Source of the DNA: Chrysomallon squamiferum
Lineage: Eukaryota; Animalia; Mollusca
Direction of reading: 5' to 3'
DNA length: 64,000 bases
Assembly (NCBI GenBank): GCA_012295275.1
Contig: CM022672.1
Span: forward strand, 20,894,001 to 20,958,000
Shown one piece after another: positions 41,850-57,100 of the stretch. Each line of letters begins with the position of its first letter. The stretch's first letter is position 1. A model generated the notes under the pieces. It saw only the letters and a program-made list of their open reading frames with translations. It ran no database searches and was not told where the DNA came from. The position numbers were made by a program, and so were the translations under genes.

Positions 41850-42986
41850 TTAAACAATAGCAGGAAGATCAAGATTCTGCAATGAAATCATCTGAGAAAT
41901 CGTGTGAGCGTTATTATGAGTATTTTGATTTTCTGTTTCCTCTCGTCTTAAAGTGTTTACACTGTTGAATGGATAGGCAACAAGAGAACTATGCATCGGA
42001 GGTTCATCAATTTGATTGTCAAACATTGCCCTTTCTGGTTCTTGTAAATGAAGAGTTTCATCAGGAAGAGGATTCTGTGAAGCAATATGAATCTTTCTAA
42101 TTTTTCGTCTTCGTAAAACCTTGCAGAGTAGAGCCATCTTGAAATGGTGTCGAAAGTTGGAACTAAACAGACAGTATATAATTGGATTAATAGCATTAGC
42201 TAAGTACGAAAAAAAGCCCAAAGCTTCTCTTCCTTTAAAAAGAATTTTGTCTCCAGCACCTACAAAGTCCTCTAAAAGATGAACCATATGGAAAGGAAAC
42301 CAGCCAATTCCGAATGCTAATGTTATGGCAAAAATAATAATTGCTATTCTGCGTCTAGCTTGTAAGGCTGCTAGAGTGATATCGTTAGGTCTGGATCCAG
42401 GTCGAATTCTTTTCCAGAGTTTACGTACAATCCTAGCATGACAAAAAGCCAGAATGACCTGGGGCAGAAAGAAGGTGAAAATAAACATTATGCCAGAGTC
42501 CAGTTGTCTCTGCCGTTGTGACATGTCGCGACGATCACAGAAGCTTCTAATGTCGTTGATGTGCAATCGTTTGTTGATTGTGTACATAAATGTTTTGTAC
42601 ACCATAGCAAATACTGAGACAATCCATATTGACAATATTATTGCAAGAGCCCGTTTCGTTGTCCTGAAAATAAACAAAAATCATTTAAACTTTTCAGTAT
42701 ATTTAATCAAAGTTTACATATGTAACTTTAAAATGACATTTTCGGTACTACATTGAATAGATGATATTGTTATACTGTATAAAGTACAGAGTTCAAATGA
42801 AATTTTATCACAGTTAATACTCTTGACGAAAGGAGTATTGAACTGAATGCAGATATGTATATGTATGTATGCATGTTTGTATGTACGTGTTTTTATGAAT
42901 GCATGTAATTTATGTAAGTGCATCTCTCTTTTTCTTTCTCTCTCTTTCTTTCTCTCTCTCTCTCTAACTCTCTATCTGTCTGTCTA

Positions 42987-43048
<62 letters not shown>

Positions 43049-44232
43049 TGTGTATGTGTAAGTCTTCATAGGATTGTAAAATGTTTTCACATACATGTTT
43101 TTTAACCGTTGTTTACATCATATGGAGTAATATTTACCTGAAAGTTCTTGACTTCATTGGATGAACAATTGCGTAGTAGCGGTCTATTCCAGTAACCGTT
43201 AGTGTCAGTACACTCACTAACAAGCAAACCGCCATAATGTAGTTCACAAACTTGCCTGAAAATTAAAAATTAAATAAAAGCTTATAAACAAATTTCTTAT
43301 TAATATAATTATATTGATTATTAATGGTTTAAGAAATTAAGTACAGAGTTAAAATCCATTATATCATATTTGATAACAAGTGCCATTGTTTTTGTAGTCT
43401 CTTTTTCAAAATAGTTATTATTAATAATCTAGTCCAGTAGCATCTCTCTGATCATATTTCTCTACCTGGAAATGATATTGCTAATAACTATCAATCTTTG
43501 ACACACTCCAGTGCAAACTGATCACAGAAGCTGCTTCGTTACCTCTATAATAATCCAAACCGGTATGGGACTTGCGACAGTTACCATTATAAATCATATT
43601 TAGAAATGGATTTTGTGACTTAGGTTTTGTTGCATGGAATCTGATACTTAATAACTGAAGGTGTTATTTATACGGAGTTATGATGAAGTATCTGTTCTGG
43701 TTTTGACATTATGTCTGACCATTCCTGAATATCCAAGTTTTCTTCACTTAACTGTAAATGCCTATACCAACGTGTTAAATTCAATTTAACATGACCATCA
43801 ATATATCGTTGGAAACAAAAATGTATATAAACAAGCCAAATGTTTTAAGGAAGTTTTGAACGTTCCTACACAGACATACGTACATACATACATACATTCA
43901 CTCCTAATCAGATACATACACACATGTATAAAAATACACACACACATACACAAACACACACAAACACACACTCATACATACATACATACATACACTAATA
44001 CGCATCCAGAAAGAGACACATACACAGTTCTTCCTGGTTAACAGAAAAGGAAATATTTTGCGGCCTGATTGAGCAGGGCAATGTCCTCATCGGTATTACA
44101 GGTTCACGCTTTTGGGATAATTTGCGTAACTCGGTTAAGCGCTTGCTTTGCTACTAAATGTATTTGGCGGTTTTATTTCCTTAGAGATTGATGGTTCTAG
44201 CTCGAAAAAAATAATAATAATAAAATAAAATG

Positions 44233-44272
<40 letters not shown>

Positions 44273-44289
44273 TGATGATGATGATGATG

Positions 44290-44346
<57 letters not shown>

Positions 44347-44710
44347 GAACATTGTTATTATATAATGATTCATTTTTTTTTTTTTTTTTTTTTAAACTTA
44401 TGTAAGTAGTGTGTTCTCCTGACTTTAGATGATAATGGTGGTAGTAAAAACCATAAATTATGATATGTAAAATAACGATTTATTTATGAATAAAGTGTTT
44501 CATAGTTATTGTATAGATATATACGTAATAGTGACATAATACATGTTGCAGAATTTAGCAGAGACAACAAATATAAATGTAGCTGACGTTAACTTTTACA
44601 CTAAATATTATAAAATTTTAAAAGTATTCCGCACCTACTTCTTCTACAGTTAAGACTACTGCTACTGCTGAAGCTACTGTTACTACTCCTACTACCTGCT
44701 GCTATTACAA

Positions 44711-44751
<41 letters not shown>

Positions 44752-45123
44752 TTTCTACTATTACTACTACTACTACTACTATTATTACCACTACTACTAC
44801 AACTGCTACTACTATTCTTTCGTAGTTTCTTGCGTTTTTACGCAATTTTATATAAACGTCGACCTTTTTAATGTAATTGTAATTTAATTGCTCGTGACGC
44901 TTCATGACATTTACATTCTATTTAAGATGACATATAAGAGGGTGAAATACCTGTTTTATTTATGTGCATTCCAAAAGTAAAACTTAATATACTGGACTGT
45001 AGTGTCAAAATTCCAGCATCACACACTGAGGAATTTACACCAATCTAGGTGCGTTACAGACAGTGACATTTTTATTTATTTATTCTTTTTCTTCTTATTA
45101 TTATTTTTTAAAAATAAATTACA

Positions 45124-45175
<52 letters not shown>

Positions 45176-45179
45176 GTAA

Positions 45180-45244
<65 letters not shown>

Positions 45245-46358
45245 TGAGTAGCAATAGCAGTAGCAATAGTAGAAGCAGCCGCCTATACACTGTTTAACAT
45301 TTTAATTTGTAACTGTATTTATTCCAGCTCAGAGATTTACGTAACTGTATTTTTTCTAAGACAAATGTTATGAAAATACTGGCAGTAAAGAGAGTAATAT
45401 ATCTTCAGTGTATCACACCTTGATAATAATACTGCCATTACATATACACATATATACATACCCCACACCCACTACTCCTTTATTTATTTATTATAAATAA
45501 AATCAGTACAGGTTCAATAAACTCTCCGACTATTTCATTTTATTTTTGTAATTTTTATGCTTTTGAGAAAATTGTTTGAAATTCTAAAAACAACGTTCAA
45601 ATACGCTTGCTTTTAGAAATACAAAATGAAAATGATTTTCTTCATCAGAGGTCAATGATTTAAATGCCCTGCTTTAGAGGAGTGTTAACAACACCTGTGA
45701 CTCAGAAATTTAAACGAAAACAATATTGCGAACTATATATATATATAACATCCTATGAGGAATTCATGCATTTTCTGTGTTAGAAATCAAATATGGAATT
45801 TATTCGATTTGTATGAAGGTGTACTATATTCATTTCGTCATTTATCAGATTCCAGTTAAAATATAATATATAATCTTATCTTGATACTGTTGCTTTTATA
45901 ATATAATAATTACAAGGATTATTATGATATCGATGTTATGTAATAAATAAATAAATAAATAAATAAATAATAAACTTACATATAAATTCTCCAAACGGCC
46001 AGTCGATGATTGCATAAGCTATGGACGTGAAAGGAACACACACCAAGAGAAAAAGGAGGGAGACTATAGACAAGTTTATCAGGTACATATTGGTCACTGT
46101 TCTCATCGCTGGGTGTCGCGATACGACATAAATCATCAAACTGTTGCCCAAAATTCCAACTGCGAATATTAGAAAAAATAACGCTGGTACCATCTGACGT
46201 TCAGGTTTCGAGGAATCGAACACTGGCGCGGGTCCATCGTCGCTGTCGTTGAACACATAAAACTGGCCAATATCAGAGTAATTGAAAGCAAATTCAGAAT
46301 AATAATCGTCCAGATATTCGAATGTGTACATACTCACATCCTTATCCATCGCCATCAT
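41850..46358 (-). CDS. Rhodopsin-family neuropeptide GPCR, kisspeptin/galanin/allatostatin-A receptor group, ~436 aa
   Basis: Exons 45980-46358, 43138-43255 and 41850-42663 (1311 nt). Motifs: GILGNSL (TM1), MRTVTNMYLINL...CVPFT...WPFGEFICKFVNYI, DRYYAIVHP, FFLP, GWFPFH, NAINPIIY. The exact start ATG is uncertain (46358/46355/46349). Confidence 0.9.
45124..45243. repeat. Compound (AAT)n(AGT)n microsatellite
   Basis: Direct reading. Similar tracts at ~6405-6600, ~44230-44345 and ~44710-44815. Confidence 0.95.
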
Positions 46359-47468
46359 CAGATGATCTGATGTATTTTCACTATTTCTCCCGATAGAGAT
46401 TACGGCAACGTCAATGTCCGGATTTTGCACTGCGTGAAATGTTTTTCATTGGTAAAGATCTGCAATAATCATCTGCTCATGGAGACATTTGACTGCGGAT
46501 TGAATTTGTTGGGAGTCATGGTAATGACGTGTTATTTCAAATGTCGAATTAGAAAAAAAAAAAAATTACAACGATGAGTGAAAGATCAAGAAGAAAGGTC
46601 TCAAGTAAAAAGAAGTAAAAAAGAAAAAAGAAAAAAAGAGATTATATATCTCTTTCTCTTCTTTTGCAACGTGTAACGTGATTTGAAAAAAAAATATTAT
46701 TCAGATTTACCAAATTACGTGTAAAATTCTATGAATTCGCTTTTACTATCATTTACTATCATTGGAGCATGCCGCGTATTGACACGTCTTAGACCTGTCA
46801 CTTAGGCAGAGATGGGCGGCACTCTTGTTTGGAACAAAGCCAGCCGGTCAATGGCCGATTACCGTGACACGAAATTCCAAACTTCATTCAGTGATTTTCC
46901 CGCCAGATCTTTGAGAATTTGTTTGCCTTCTGCTGATTCGCTACTTATCTAAGGTCTGCCTTCTGCATCATAATTAACCAGAGAAAACAAAACCGAAAAA
47001 TAACGTGATTACACAAAAATCAAACAGTAAATTAATTCGCCGCAACAACAACAATAATAAAATTATTATGCTTGCGTTTTTTGTTTTCTGTTTTGTTTAG
47101 ATGTTCATAATCTTTGCAAACCTTTACTTAATGCCATACAGACCTGATAAATAAGTGTGGCGAGAATTTACTTTTATAACTGGATTATCAGCAGTTTAAT
47201 AATTTCGTTTCTTTTTAATGTAACTAGAGAAGTGAATGTCTTAATTTACTTCATACTTAAAGAAGGCATAAAATGTTCCTCCGTTCTGAGATTGCTAATT
47301 AATAACTGTATTTTACGTAAACTAAACAACAACCGAAAAAAAAAAAAAAAAAAAAAAAACAAACAAAACAAAAAAAACTTTAAAAAAATGTTAGCTTTCA
47401 TTACATCTTTTTTTTTCAGTTCAAAAATATAAATATAAACGAAACTAAATATTTTCTGCAAAATGAAA

Positions 47469-47503
<35 letters not shown>

Positions 47504-50261
47504 AGGTAAAACTTGTAACAAAAAAAAAATAAACTGTCTTGACAAGTTATAGTAAATTATTTAACTGATACATGTTTGTTTATCCATAAAAGCGAATTTT
47601 AATATTTTCAAATTTATTAAATCTCCAGAAACAATAAAACAGTTCTAGTTGAGCGAGTCGAAAAGAATTTTAGGAACTGCAACTGCGTAGCAGAGCTAAT
47701 GCCCTCGAGGTCTTAGTCCCTTTGACGTCATTCAAAACGGCGAATTTCCTTTTCAGTTCAGGATTAGGCAGCAGTTGAAGATTACAAATTTGTCGAAAAA
47801 AAATTACGACTGTTAGCAGAGAAAACAAATTATCTGCTACAGTAAAGGACTGACATCAAACAGTCAGACATCAAAAAAAAAAATAATAATAATAATAATA
47901 AAAAATAATAAAAAAGTAAAAAATAAAAAAAAAAAAATAAAATAAAATAAATAAATAAATAAATAAATAGTTTCCATAAATAAAAGAACAACTATTAACT
48001 GGTATATATATTTTTAACTTTATTTTAAAATAATCTAAAATAAGTAATAATAATAAAAAAAAAAAAAAAAAAAACATTACAAGATTATTTAAAGATATTG
48101 CATTTTATTAAAACAAATTCCTATACAAATCAGTCTACTTAAGTTTGATAACCACAAATGTTAGGAATAGCTATGAACAAAACATGATTTATGTGGATTT
48201 TATTCCACATTTTTTAATTCATTTCTTTTTTCTACTAATTTCTTTTTGAAATTAATATATTTCGTCAGTAAAATTTTATAAATATTTTAAAATTAATAAT
48301 TGCTTACATAAAAATAAAGCTTTCTTTTCATTCCTTCATGATATTAAAAATATAACTAAAAATAATAATATTTTAAGGTCTACTAAAGGTAGGAGTCATC
48401 AGAATGTTTTATGTAAAAAAATAATGATCCCGAATGGAAATTTATTTAAATATCTAGGCTTTCCATTATTAAAAATTGTATCCGTAATTATAATTTATAT
48501 TTAAGCATATAGGCAGACCCCTTATTAAGAATGTTCGATTTACGGTCATCCAAAGACACGAACAGATAAAGGCTGTTATATTGAAAATTCGATTTTCTAT
48601 TTACAGTACAACTGTAATAAAGAACAGGAGGGTGAAGATCAAAATATTGGTATATTTCAGCTTTTCAGACGTGTACATGTATGTGTGTGTGTGTGTATGT
48701 TACAAACAATTCAGGGCATTTTGAAATATTTGCCAAAGTGCAAACGTCTTATTCGTAACTTATGTTTGTTATTGTCTTTCAAATTGGGCTATTTTTCATA
48801 CTCTCCGCTGTCACAGTTATAAGCACTGACATAACTATGAAAATGTTTCTTAAAATAGATGAGTGAATCTAAAAGAAGATGGTATTTAGGCTTCAGACAT
48901 AACCATTCAAGAAATTATTGCTTTCCGCATTCCAGCAAGTTTCGAGATCGCAAAGGCAATGACACCACTTTAAAAAGGAAAAAGGAAATAATAATAATAA
49001 TTCCTATAATAATAATTATATTATTATTATTATTTTAATAAAAAGAAAAGAACAAGGACAGATTTTTTTCAGATGAATAGATGCTATTATCAGTTTTAAA
49101 GATATAATAAATAACTAAATGACGTTCACGAGAATAGTTATACTTTACTTCCTAATTTCTTGAAGAACTGTTTTTCTTCTCAAAAGAGTACATGTAAAAA
49201 ATATGTTTTTAAAATTACTTCTGAATGGTGACCGAACTGTTATCGTTCTATCATTCTTTAAAATTAGTGACACTTTATTAGATAAACTAGTTAATAGATT
49301 AGAGCAAAAACAAAGAAGCCCAAGGAAGCATCGAATATGATTGGATCCAGTCATGAATCAGGCCTGCATTGTACTACTACTGTCTATTAATGAATAAAAA
49401 AAATGAATACAAAAAAAAAAAAAAAAAATAAAAAAGTCTGTATGGTAAATTGTTTTTCTGAATTAGTGATGCTTTCGAAGGGAAATTCTTAAACACAGTC
49501 TGCTTGCTCGTATCTAGTGTATTTTTTAGAGTATGTCACATAATAGAGTGATATAATCTGAGGATTGCTGTACCTGCTCCAAAAGTAATAAAACGCATTT
49601 TTAGCCTCTGTAAACAAACTATAGTAAGCGTTAAGCAAAGTTTTCGAATTCCAGAATCAGCCGACGATGGCTATAAGTGTCAAAAATGTTTAAAAGGTGT
49701 CGTAATTCGACTACTGAAGTAGAAGCGAAAAGCAATGCTATACGGTTTCCGAAATTTCAGATGGCACGCGTACACTTAACTGCGAGACTTGCGTCATGAC
49801 AGACAGAAGTAAACAAAACAAAACACCTACGCGTTAGAAAAGCTGGAAACAGGTCAACAGTCGCGACAATTTTAAATTTATTTTCATGTCATTTTTTACC
49901 TAGAATGAGAAATATTTCTGTCTATAAAATAATTTTAAAAAAAAAAAACAAAAAAAAAAAACCGGATGATAAATAGATGTACATGGGAAATGCCTGTTGT
50001 TTAGTTCAGTAATGTACTTGCTCTGTGGTAAATATAAACATGTATAATATTCAGCTATGAATCTGATCATTAATTATAAACAATGAAATACTGAACTAAT
50101 GTTCAATTAACAGGAACAAAATGAAGAAAAAAGCTGATTCCGCATTTTGATAACATCTAATCACATTTTATCGGTGTGTATGTCGGAGTGTGCTTGTGCA
50201 CGTGTGTGTAGTATGTACGGTTGTGTTTGTATGTATGCATATGTTTGTGCAAGTGAGTGTG

Positions 50262-50265
<4 letters not shown>

Positions 50266-50339
<74 letters not shown>
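50266..50339. repeat. (AG)n microsatellite
   Basis: Pure AG run. Confidence 0.95.
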
Positions 50340-50342
<3 letters not shown>

Positions 50343-50665
50343 TACATTAGTAAAAATATTTTTGTATAATTACTGTACGATGTGGATGCTGTTATTAATA
50401 TAAAGTAATCCTCTAGCACAGGAAAACTAGGTTAATTCTGCTGGTGATAAACAGTTCACTGACGTCTCTTAACAGTTAGTGATGTCAGAATGTACGTGTT
50501 CGTTAAATATTTTTGTTTTTACAACATCTTTTGTTGTTAACGTCATCAAACATTATATTTCAGTGTTTAGTTCTGAATGTTATTAATTTGTATATTCTTC
50601 TGTTTTTATAAAATGTATGTATATATGTATGTTAAATTTTTGTTATTATTATTATTGTTAGTGTG

Positions 50666-50728
<63 letters not shown>

Positions 50729-51326
50729 ATATGTCATTACGAGCAATGGTTCTTTTACATCGTTATCGGAGCACTTATCTTGGACGTTTAATAGTATTGA
50801 TAATCCAAGTTGCCTACTGGTTTTGCAATTATCCTTCTTATGCCAATTAGCTACTCTGCTGCAGACACATTATTTGGTTTCCAGTAACTTATGCAATAAT
50901 GAATGATGCACAGAATACACCAGATACAATGTAGCTTTTATGTTTGGAATATCTCCCACAATGAAGACATACCATGCAACAGCATGCATCTCTTTTAATC
51001 CTTTCATCATTCGTCTGTGGTCACTTTAACCTATTGACTGGTCAGGCAAAAGATCGCGGAGGTCATAGCATAAACACCGCAGGTCGTCGACTAATTCTGC
51101 AGTTCTCGACATTTTTAATTCTCCGTGCTCCATATATTTTACGATTTCTCAAATGTTTTAAACTGTAGCGAAATGTATTATGTCTAATAGGAAAGCGCAC
51201 AGCTACATCATGCGATACCAGTGTTCTTACAGAAATGGCTATGGTGGACAGAAATCTCGAATAAGGATCCTCCCAATTTGCTCTGTAAAAAAAAAAAAAA
51301 AAAACAAAACAAAACACAAAACACCC

Positions 51327-51363
<37 letters not shown>

Positions 51364-51771
51364 AACAACAACAATAATATCTGCTTTATTTTTAATACTA
51401 AAATTGATACTTGTTACTGATAATGTTGTTTTTGATGTTATTGTTTCTTCTTCTTCTTTATTATTATTATTATTATTATTACGTCAGATATACATTTGCG
51501 TTTCTTCCGGAGTCATTCTCATGGCGACACGATTACTTTAAACCCTCCAGATTCTTACAAGTTACTCATAACATTTAAATGGAGTGATGATGTCAACATT
51601 TGTGCCAAACACCAAGAATTCAGATTGCTCAGATTGTAGTCTTTTTTAGTTGTCTGATCCAGTGCCTAACATACGATTTGAGGGAGGGGACACATGAACA
51701 AGATGAGCTTTTTAATAAATCAAATTTATCATTCATTTATAAAAACATAAAACCTGATTGTTAAAAAAGAT

Positions 51772-51814
<43 letters not shown>

Positions 51815-51983
51815 TCATCATCAGACAAATTTTATTGAAACTGGCAATAATCAGCTTTTTTAGAGCCACGGTCACGCACGCACAGATACACATACTTCCA
51901 ATTTGCTCTGTAAAAAAAAAAAACTACTTTTTTCCTTTATTATTGATATTAATATTGTTACAGTTAATGTTATTGTTGCTGTA

Positions 51984-52037
<54 letters not shown>

Positions 52038-52946
52038 ACAAACACTAATTAAAATAATTTAAAGGTCAAATGATAATAATCAAATCCATTTCTCTGGATC
52101 TTGCGGGAACAACATGGTGATCCCATATTTATTGTCCAACCCATTTTACACATTCACTACAGGAACTAAGTAAGTCTAATTGCTAGTCGATCATCTTGGG
52201 TGCATAAAAAAGTCTGTCACCACAATGTCGCAGACCTTTGTCGCACCCAGTATGTTGCCGGCCTGGGAGAACCAACAACCAGATGCTGAAGCGGATTCAT
52301 GAAGCGGATTCCAGTAAGACTGTCATTATTGTTATTACTAGAGATGATGCTCCATACTATAATGATGATACGAATGAACTATAGACGAATGTCTGCGAAC
52401 AGTAGGAGAACATAGCTGTAGCTCTGGTTTGCATTGAAATGTATGCATGCTTTCCTCTTTTAGAATTAGTTGACAGCGTCATTGACAATGGATTTTAATT
52501 CATTTATACATTACATACAGTTTCGTCAATATGAAACAATCTCAGTGATATTGGTAAATGCAAATCGTTTGCTGTGTTGACTGCTAGAAACTAACAAAAC
52601 AAATATGCCGTGTTGCTGTGCATATATGGCTTATTCAGTGACGCCAAGTGAAGCAAAGAGGGCCTTCTTAGGCTGCTTCCCATTAAGGAATCAAAAAATG
52701 AGTGATTTATTTTATTTTATTTTTCGCGTTTTACTATTATAAATAAAAAAAAAAAAAATAAATGGTTCCTATTGTGAAAAGTATTTAATTTCCAATAATA
52801 TATGATATAAGTGTAACTTTCTGGAAAATTACAGACATAATTATATATGTAGGCCTACAGGTATTGGTTTCACTTGCGATACCAGTGAAAAGAGAAACTA
52901 AAAGAATATAGTGCTCTACGAAATTTGGAAATACAGAAGAAACAAA

Positions 52947-54099
52947 ATGTCAGCTTCCTGGTGTCAAATGAGACTTTATTATTTACATTTCGGTATCAAG
53001 TATTTTAAACGCTACATACCCTGGCATATACAAAGACATTCGTTTGCTCTTTGCGTTAATAAAGTGCATCAGGATGAAATACATAAGGTATTTTAAAAGG
53101 ACTGTTGTGTACATATTTAAGAAAAGATTTCGTACTGTTATTGTTAAGTAATTTTTGTAAACGTGCTAGAATCCTTGTAACCTGGTTACACTTTGATCAC
53201 ACTTTAATATTGCTGAAATAGAAATGTCTGCTGTAAATATTAAATGATCCATGAACAAAATTGGTTTTATTGATGTATTTTGGTATGCATGGTCAGTTTA
53301 AGGAGTAAAAATAACTTTTTGCACAGCGAGACACACACACACACACACACACACATACACAAAAGATAATTTCTTTTTTTTTCTGTATTACAAATAATTT
53401 TTTTTCATTCTTCTTTAAGCATTAATAAGCAAAATTAAATGTGCCATTCTGAATCCTTTGAAAACTGGGTTTATATATATATATATATAAAACCAGTTGA
53501 TAATTAATCAATCTAATTAAGATCCAACATGAACACCAGCTTTATCCAAGAGTTTAATTAATTATGTTAATTACGTTATTTATTTATTTATTTATTTGAT
53601 CAGAAGACATATCCAGAAACTCTAGACCATGCACAGTTGAGACAAAATAGACCTGATCTCAAAAAGAAAGGTAAAAAAATGTATAATTTCACTTTTTGAG
53701 AATCAATATGTAAAAACTGTATTTGATTTCAAGAGAAGTAAAATATATTTATCAATTAAAGACATTGTCATTTAATTTTGGTAAGATTTAAAATATTGTG
53801 TTTTCTAACAGTTGTCTCTCAGTATTAAAGAAATTATTAATTGATGGATCATGCAGGCTTTTAAATGAAAAATTATTGAATATTTTGCAAATGCAATAAT
53901 TTTGATTATTCCGATACAAAAATTGAATTTGGCTTTTCCAGAACTAGTGATGTTGTTGAGAAATCTGAAAAATCATATTGAAGAAAATGTGCTTTAATTT
54001 TAAACTTTAAAAAAAACTCAAATATATGGTTATTTTTAATAAGGCAAATGTTGTTTTATATATGTATATAAAATAACCATTTCATCAGGAAATCTTCTA

Positions 54100-54133
<34 letters not shown>

Positions 54134-57100
54134 CTAGAAGATTTCCTAATGAAATGGTTATGTTTATAAGGCAGATGTTGTCATGGGTAACTCATTTAAT
54201 TAACATTTATATTTACTCTTAAAGGAATTTATTATTAGTGTTTAGAAATGCCTTAAATAAGTTAAAATGTACTTTTTGTCATTTTGCCAGAAATTTAAGA
54301 TTTTTAAGATGATCAAAATTTACTAGTTTTGGAACTCTCTCTTTAATTCCTTTATACCAGTTATTTATCTATAACTTGAATAAAAATGAACATTAAAATT
54401 TTAATACAGAAACCATTCCCAGCTAGATTGCTGTTTCGTATAGATTAGATAATTTAATAAAATTCTTACTAATCCTTGCATTTTATGACAATTTCTGACT
54501 GCTTTAAGTATCTGAAATATTTCTGTCTGTCATAAACTCAACCCTGATTTTCATTGTAAATGTGAGCCTTTATGTGTATGAGCTTTACTGAGAATATACA
54601 AACACACTACTGATGAAGAGTGAAATGAAATTTGCTTATTTTACTCAGTGTTTCGGAAATGTTTATAAACACCTTATTTAAAATGTGTTAATTTTATAGA
54701 TGTTTCCGAGCCATTATCACAAGGATACAACCCACAGCATGTGGAAAAGGGATGGTATGACTGGTGGCAGAAACAAGGCTTTTTCTGTCCAGAGTATTCA
54801 AGCAAGGTAGTATTTTAAGATATCACAGAAGTTTTGATAGTAGAGCTGCACTAGAGTTAGTTTCTTTTGCTTTGTAGAAATAAAAGCATCTTTTCAGTCT
54901 AATAAAAATCCAGTGTTTATTAAACATATGCATGTATTCAGATATCAAATGCACAGACAGTTTTTTAAAACACTAGTATTTGAATCTGTCTTCCAATCGT
55001 AATATACTTTAAGATTATGACAAGCCTAAATACAAATGTGTAAAATTACAAAATGGTTGATATTTTAATGTAAACAGTAGTATGTTCTGTACAAGTTAAT
55101 ATTGTTATATAATACAGTAATATCTCTTATTTGACTGGTAAAATTTTGGTTTATTTTCACTGAAACATCCTGAAAATGTCAAATGATTCATGACCAAATA
55201 TATTTTAGTTTATACCTCTTTGATCTTCAAACTATAGGACATCAAAAGTAATGTCCCACAAATATGAGCTTTTCAGCCTGTGGATAGGTGACTATAAAAT
55301 ATCTATTACAGCAGGTTTTCTTTCTCATATCATCATTATGCAAATTTTGTGTGTTAAGTATTAATTATACACTATAAAGGGTATTGATTTGTTTTTGAAC
55401 AACAATTAAAAAAAAAAAAAAAAAATTCATTCTTGCTATTTAAGCATTTATTAAGTTTATAGCACTAATTAGATTGAAATTAGTAATGTTTTACTGATTT
55501 CAGAACCAGGCTGATGGGCAATTTGTTATAGTATTACCACCTCCAAATGTGACAGGTACTCTCCATCTAGGTCATGCATTGACATGTGCCATTCAAGATG
55601 CCCTAGTACGATGGTAAGCATCATCATTTGTTAATTCACATAAAACCATGTACATTTTTAGAAACCTTCAAAATGGATTTTTTTAGATATGAGTTGTTAA
55701 AGTTCAGTTTTTAATATCCCACCCAGTATTTTAATGACATTTTAAGAATAAGGTTCAATCACAATTTTGCATCTTTTTTTTTTGTGCTTATTTTAATTTA
55801 TTTTTTATTTAATTTTAATTTTCTTAATGATATTGCTGTTAAGCAGAAATTAATTATGAAATTGTCGCCTTGTTTACTTATTTACAAAAAAATGTGAAAT
55901 ATATCACTTTAAATAAACTGAAAACAATGCTTGCATATATATACATTTCACAACTTGAGAATGAATATAAACAAATTAAACTTAGCAGATAATTTGTTCT
56001 GTCTTCATAGCTTTTCACCATAGATAAAATTTCTTCCATTTTAAACAAAATTTAGCCATGCCTCAATTGTTTTGCATTAAATCCTGCTTTAATGAAACTA
56101 TTCAATCCAATATCATTATTATTGTTAAGTGAATTTGTTAAATGAAATTTTTTCCTCTTTTCAGGCATCGAATGCATGGCAAAGAGGTATTGTGGGTGCC
56201 TGGTAGTGACCATGCAGGAATTGCAACACAGGTTGTGGTGGAGAGAAAATTGTGGAATGAACAGAAAAAGACTCGACATGACATTGGACGTGAACAGTTC
56301 GTCAAAGAGGTGTGGAAGTGGAAAAATGAGTAAGTGACATTATTTTTACCTCTGTGAATCAGAGTATGATTTTCCTTTTCTTTTCTTGCATTATCTTTTC
56401 ATTTTATTTCAAAAATTAAAAAATGGTGAAAGTTATTTAATTTTCTTGGTTTAAAATAGTTATCTGCTCTCACTGTAATATGTTAGTACTAACTTTAATA
56501 ATTTACTGTGTTGATAACATTTCTGGGTTTGTGTTCAGAATAACTGATTTGAAATAGTTTCTTACTTTATAAATATATATATATATATTTCAGTTTTAAT
56601 ATTTATTCTGATTATTAGTTTTGGAATTGCATTTCAACTGTACTGGATATACAGTGAAATGTTTCTATATATATAGTAGTTTCATAGTGTATAAAGTAAT
56701 ATACACATTTTGTTCTAAGTATTAACTGATATATTTTCTAAATTCATTCATTTATTAATATTTTAGAAAAGGTGGACTCATTTATGATCAGATGAAGAAA
56801 CTTGGCTGTTCAGTGGACTGGACTAGGGAGGCATTCACAATGAGTGAAGTAAGCCAGAATCTTTATTACTTTTTATATGCATTTTACTGAAATTGATTAT
56901 GCAGTGTTTTAAAAATCAAAATATTTTTTTAGATACTATATACTGATTACTTTCTGTATCCTTACTGTCAATATTTAAGAGTTTTGTTATAGATGTGGTA
57001 GTGTTAAAAGTAAAAGTAATAACTGGTTACATTTAAAGATATATATTTTTATGAAGATTTGTTTGTTTTTTTTAAATTTCAGAAACTATCAACATCAGTA

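Noticed and set aside
46359-46430. GTG-initiated N-terminal extension of the GPCR in the ORF track
   Set aside because: The non-ATG start comes from a prokaryote-style ORF caller; in-frame ATGs follow at 46358-46349.
50760-51060. Possible highly decayed RTE-like fragment on the minus strand (also 52090-52320)
   Set aside because: Only a vague resemblance, with many stops; not supportable without a profile search.
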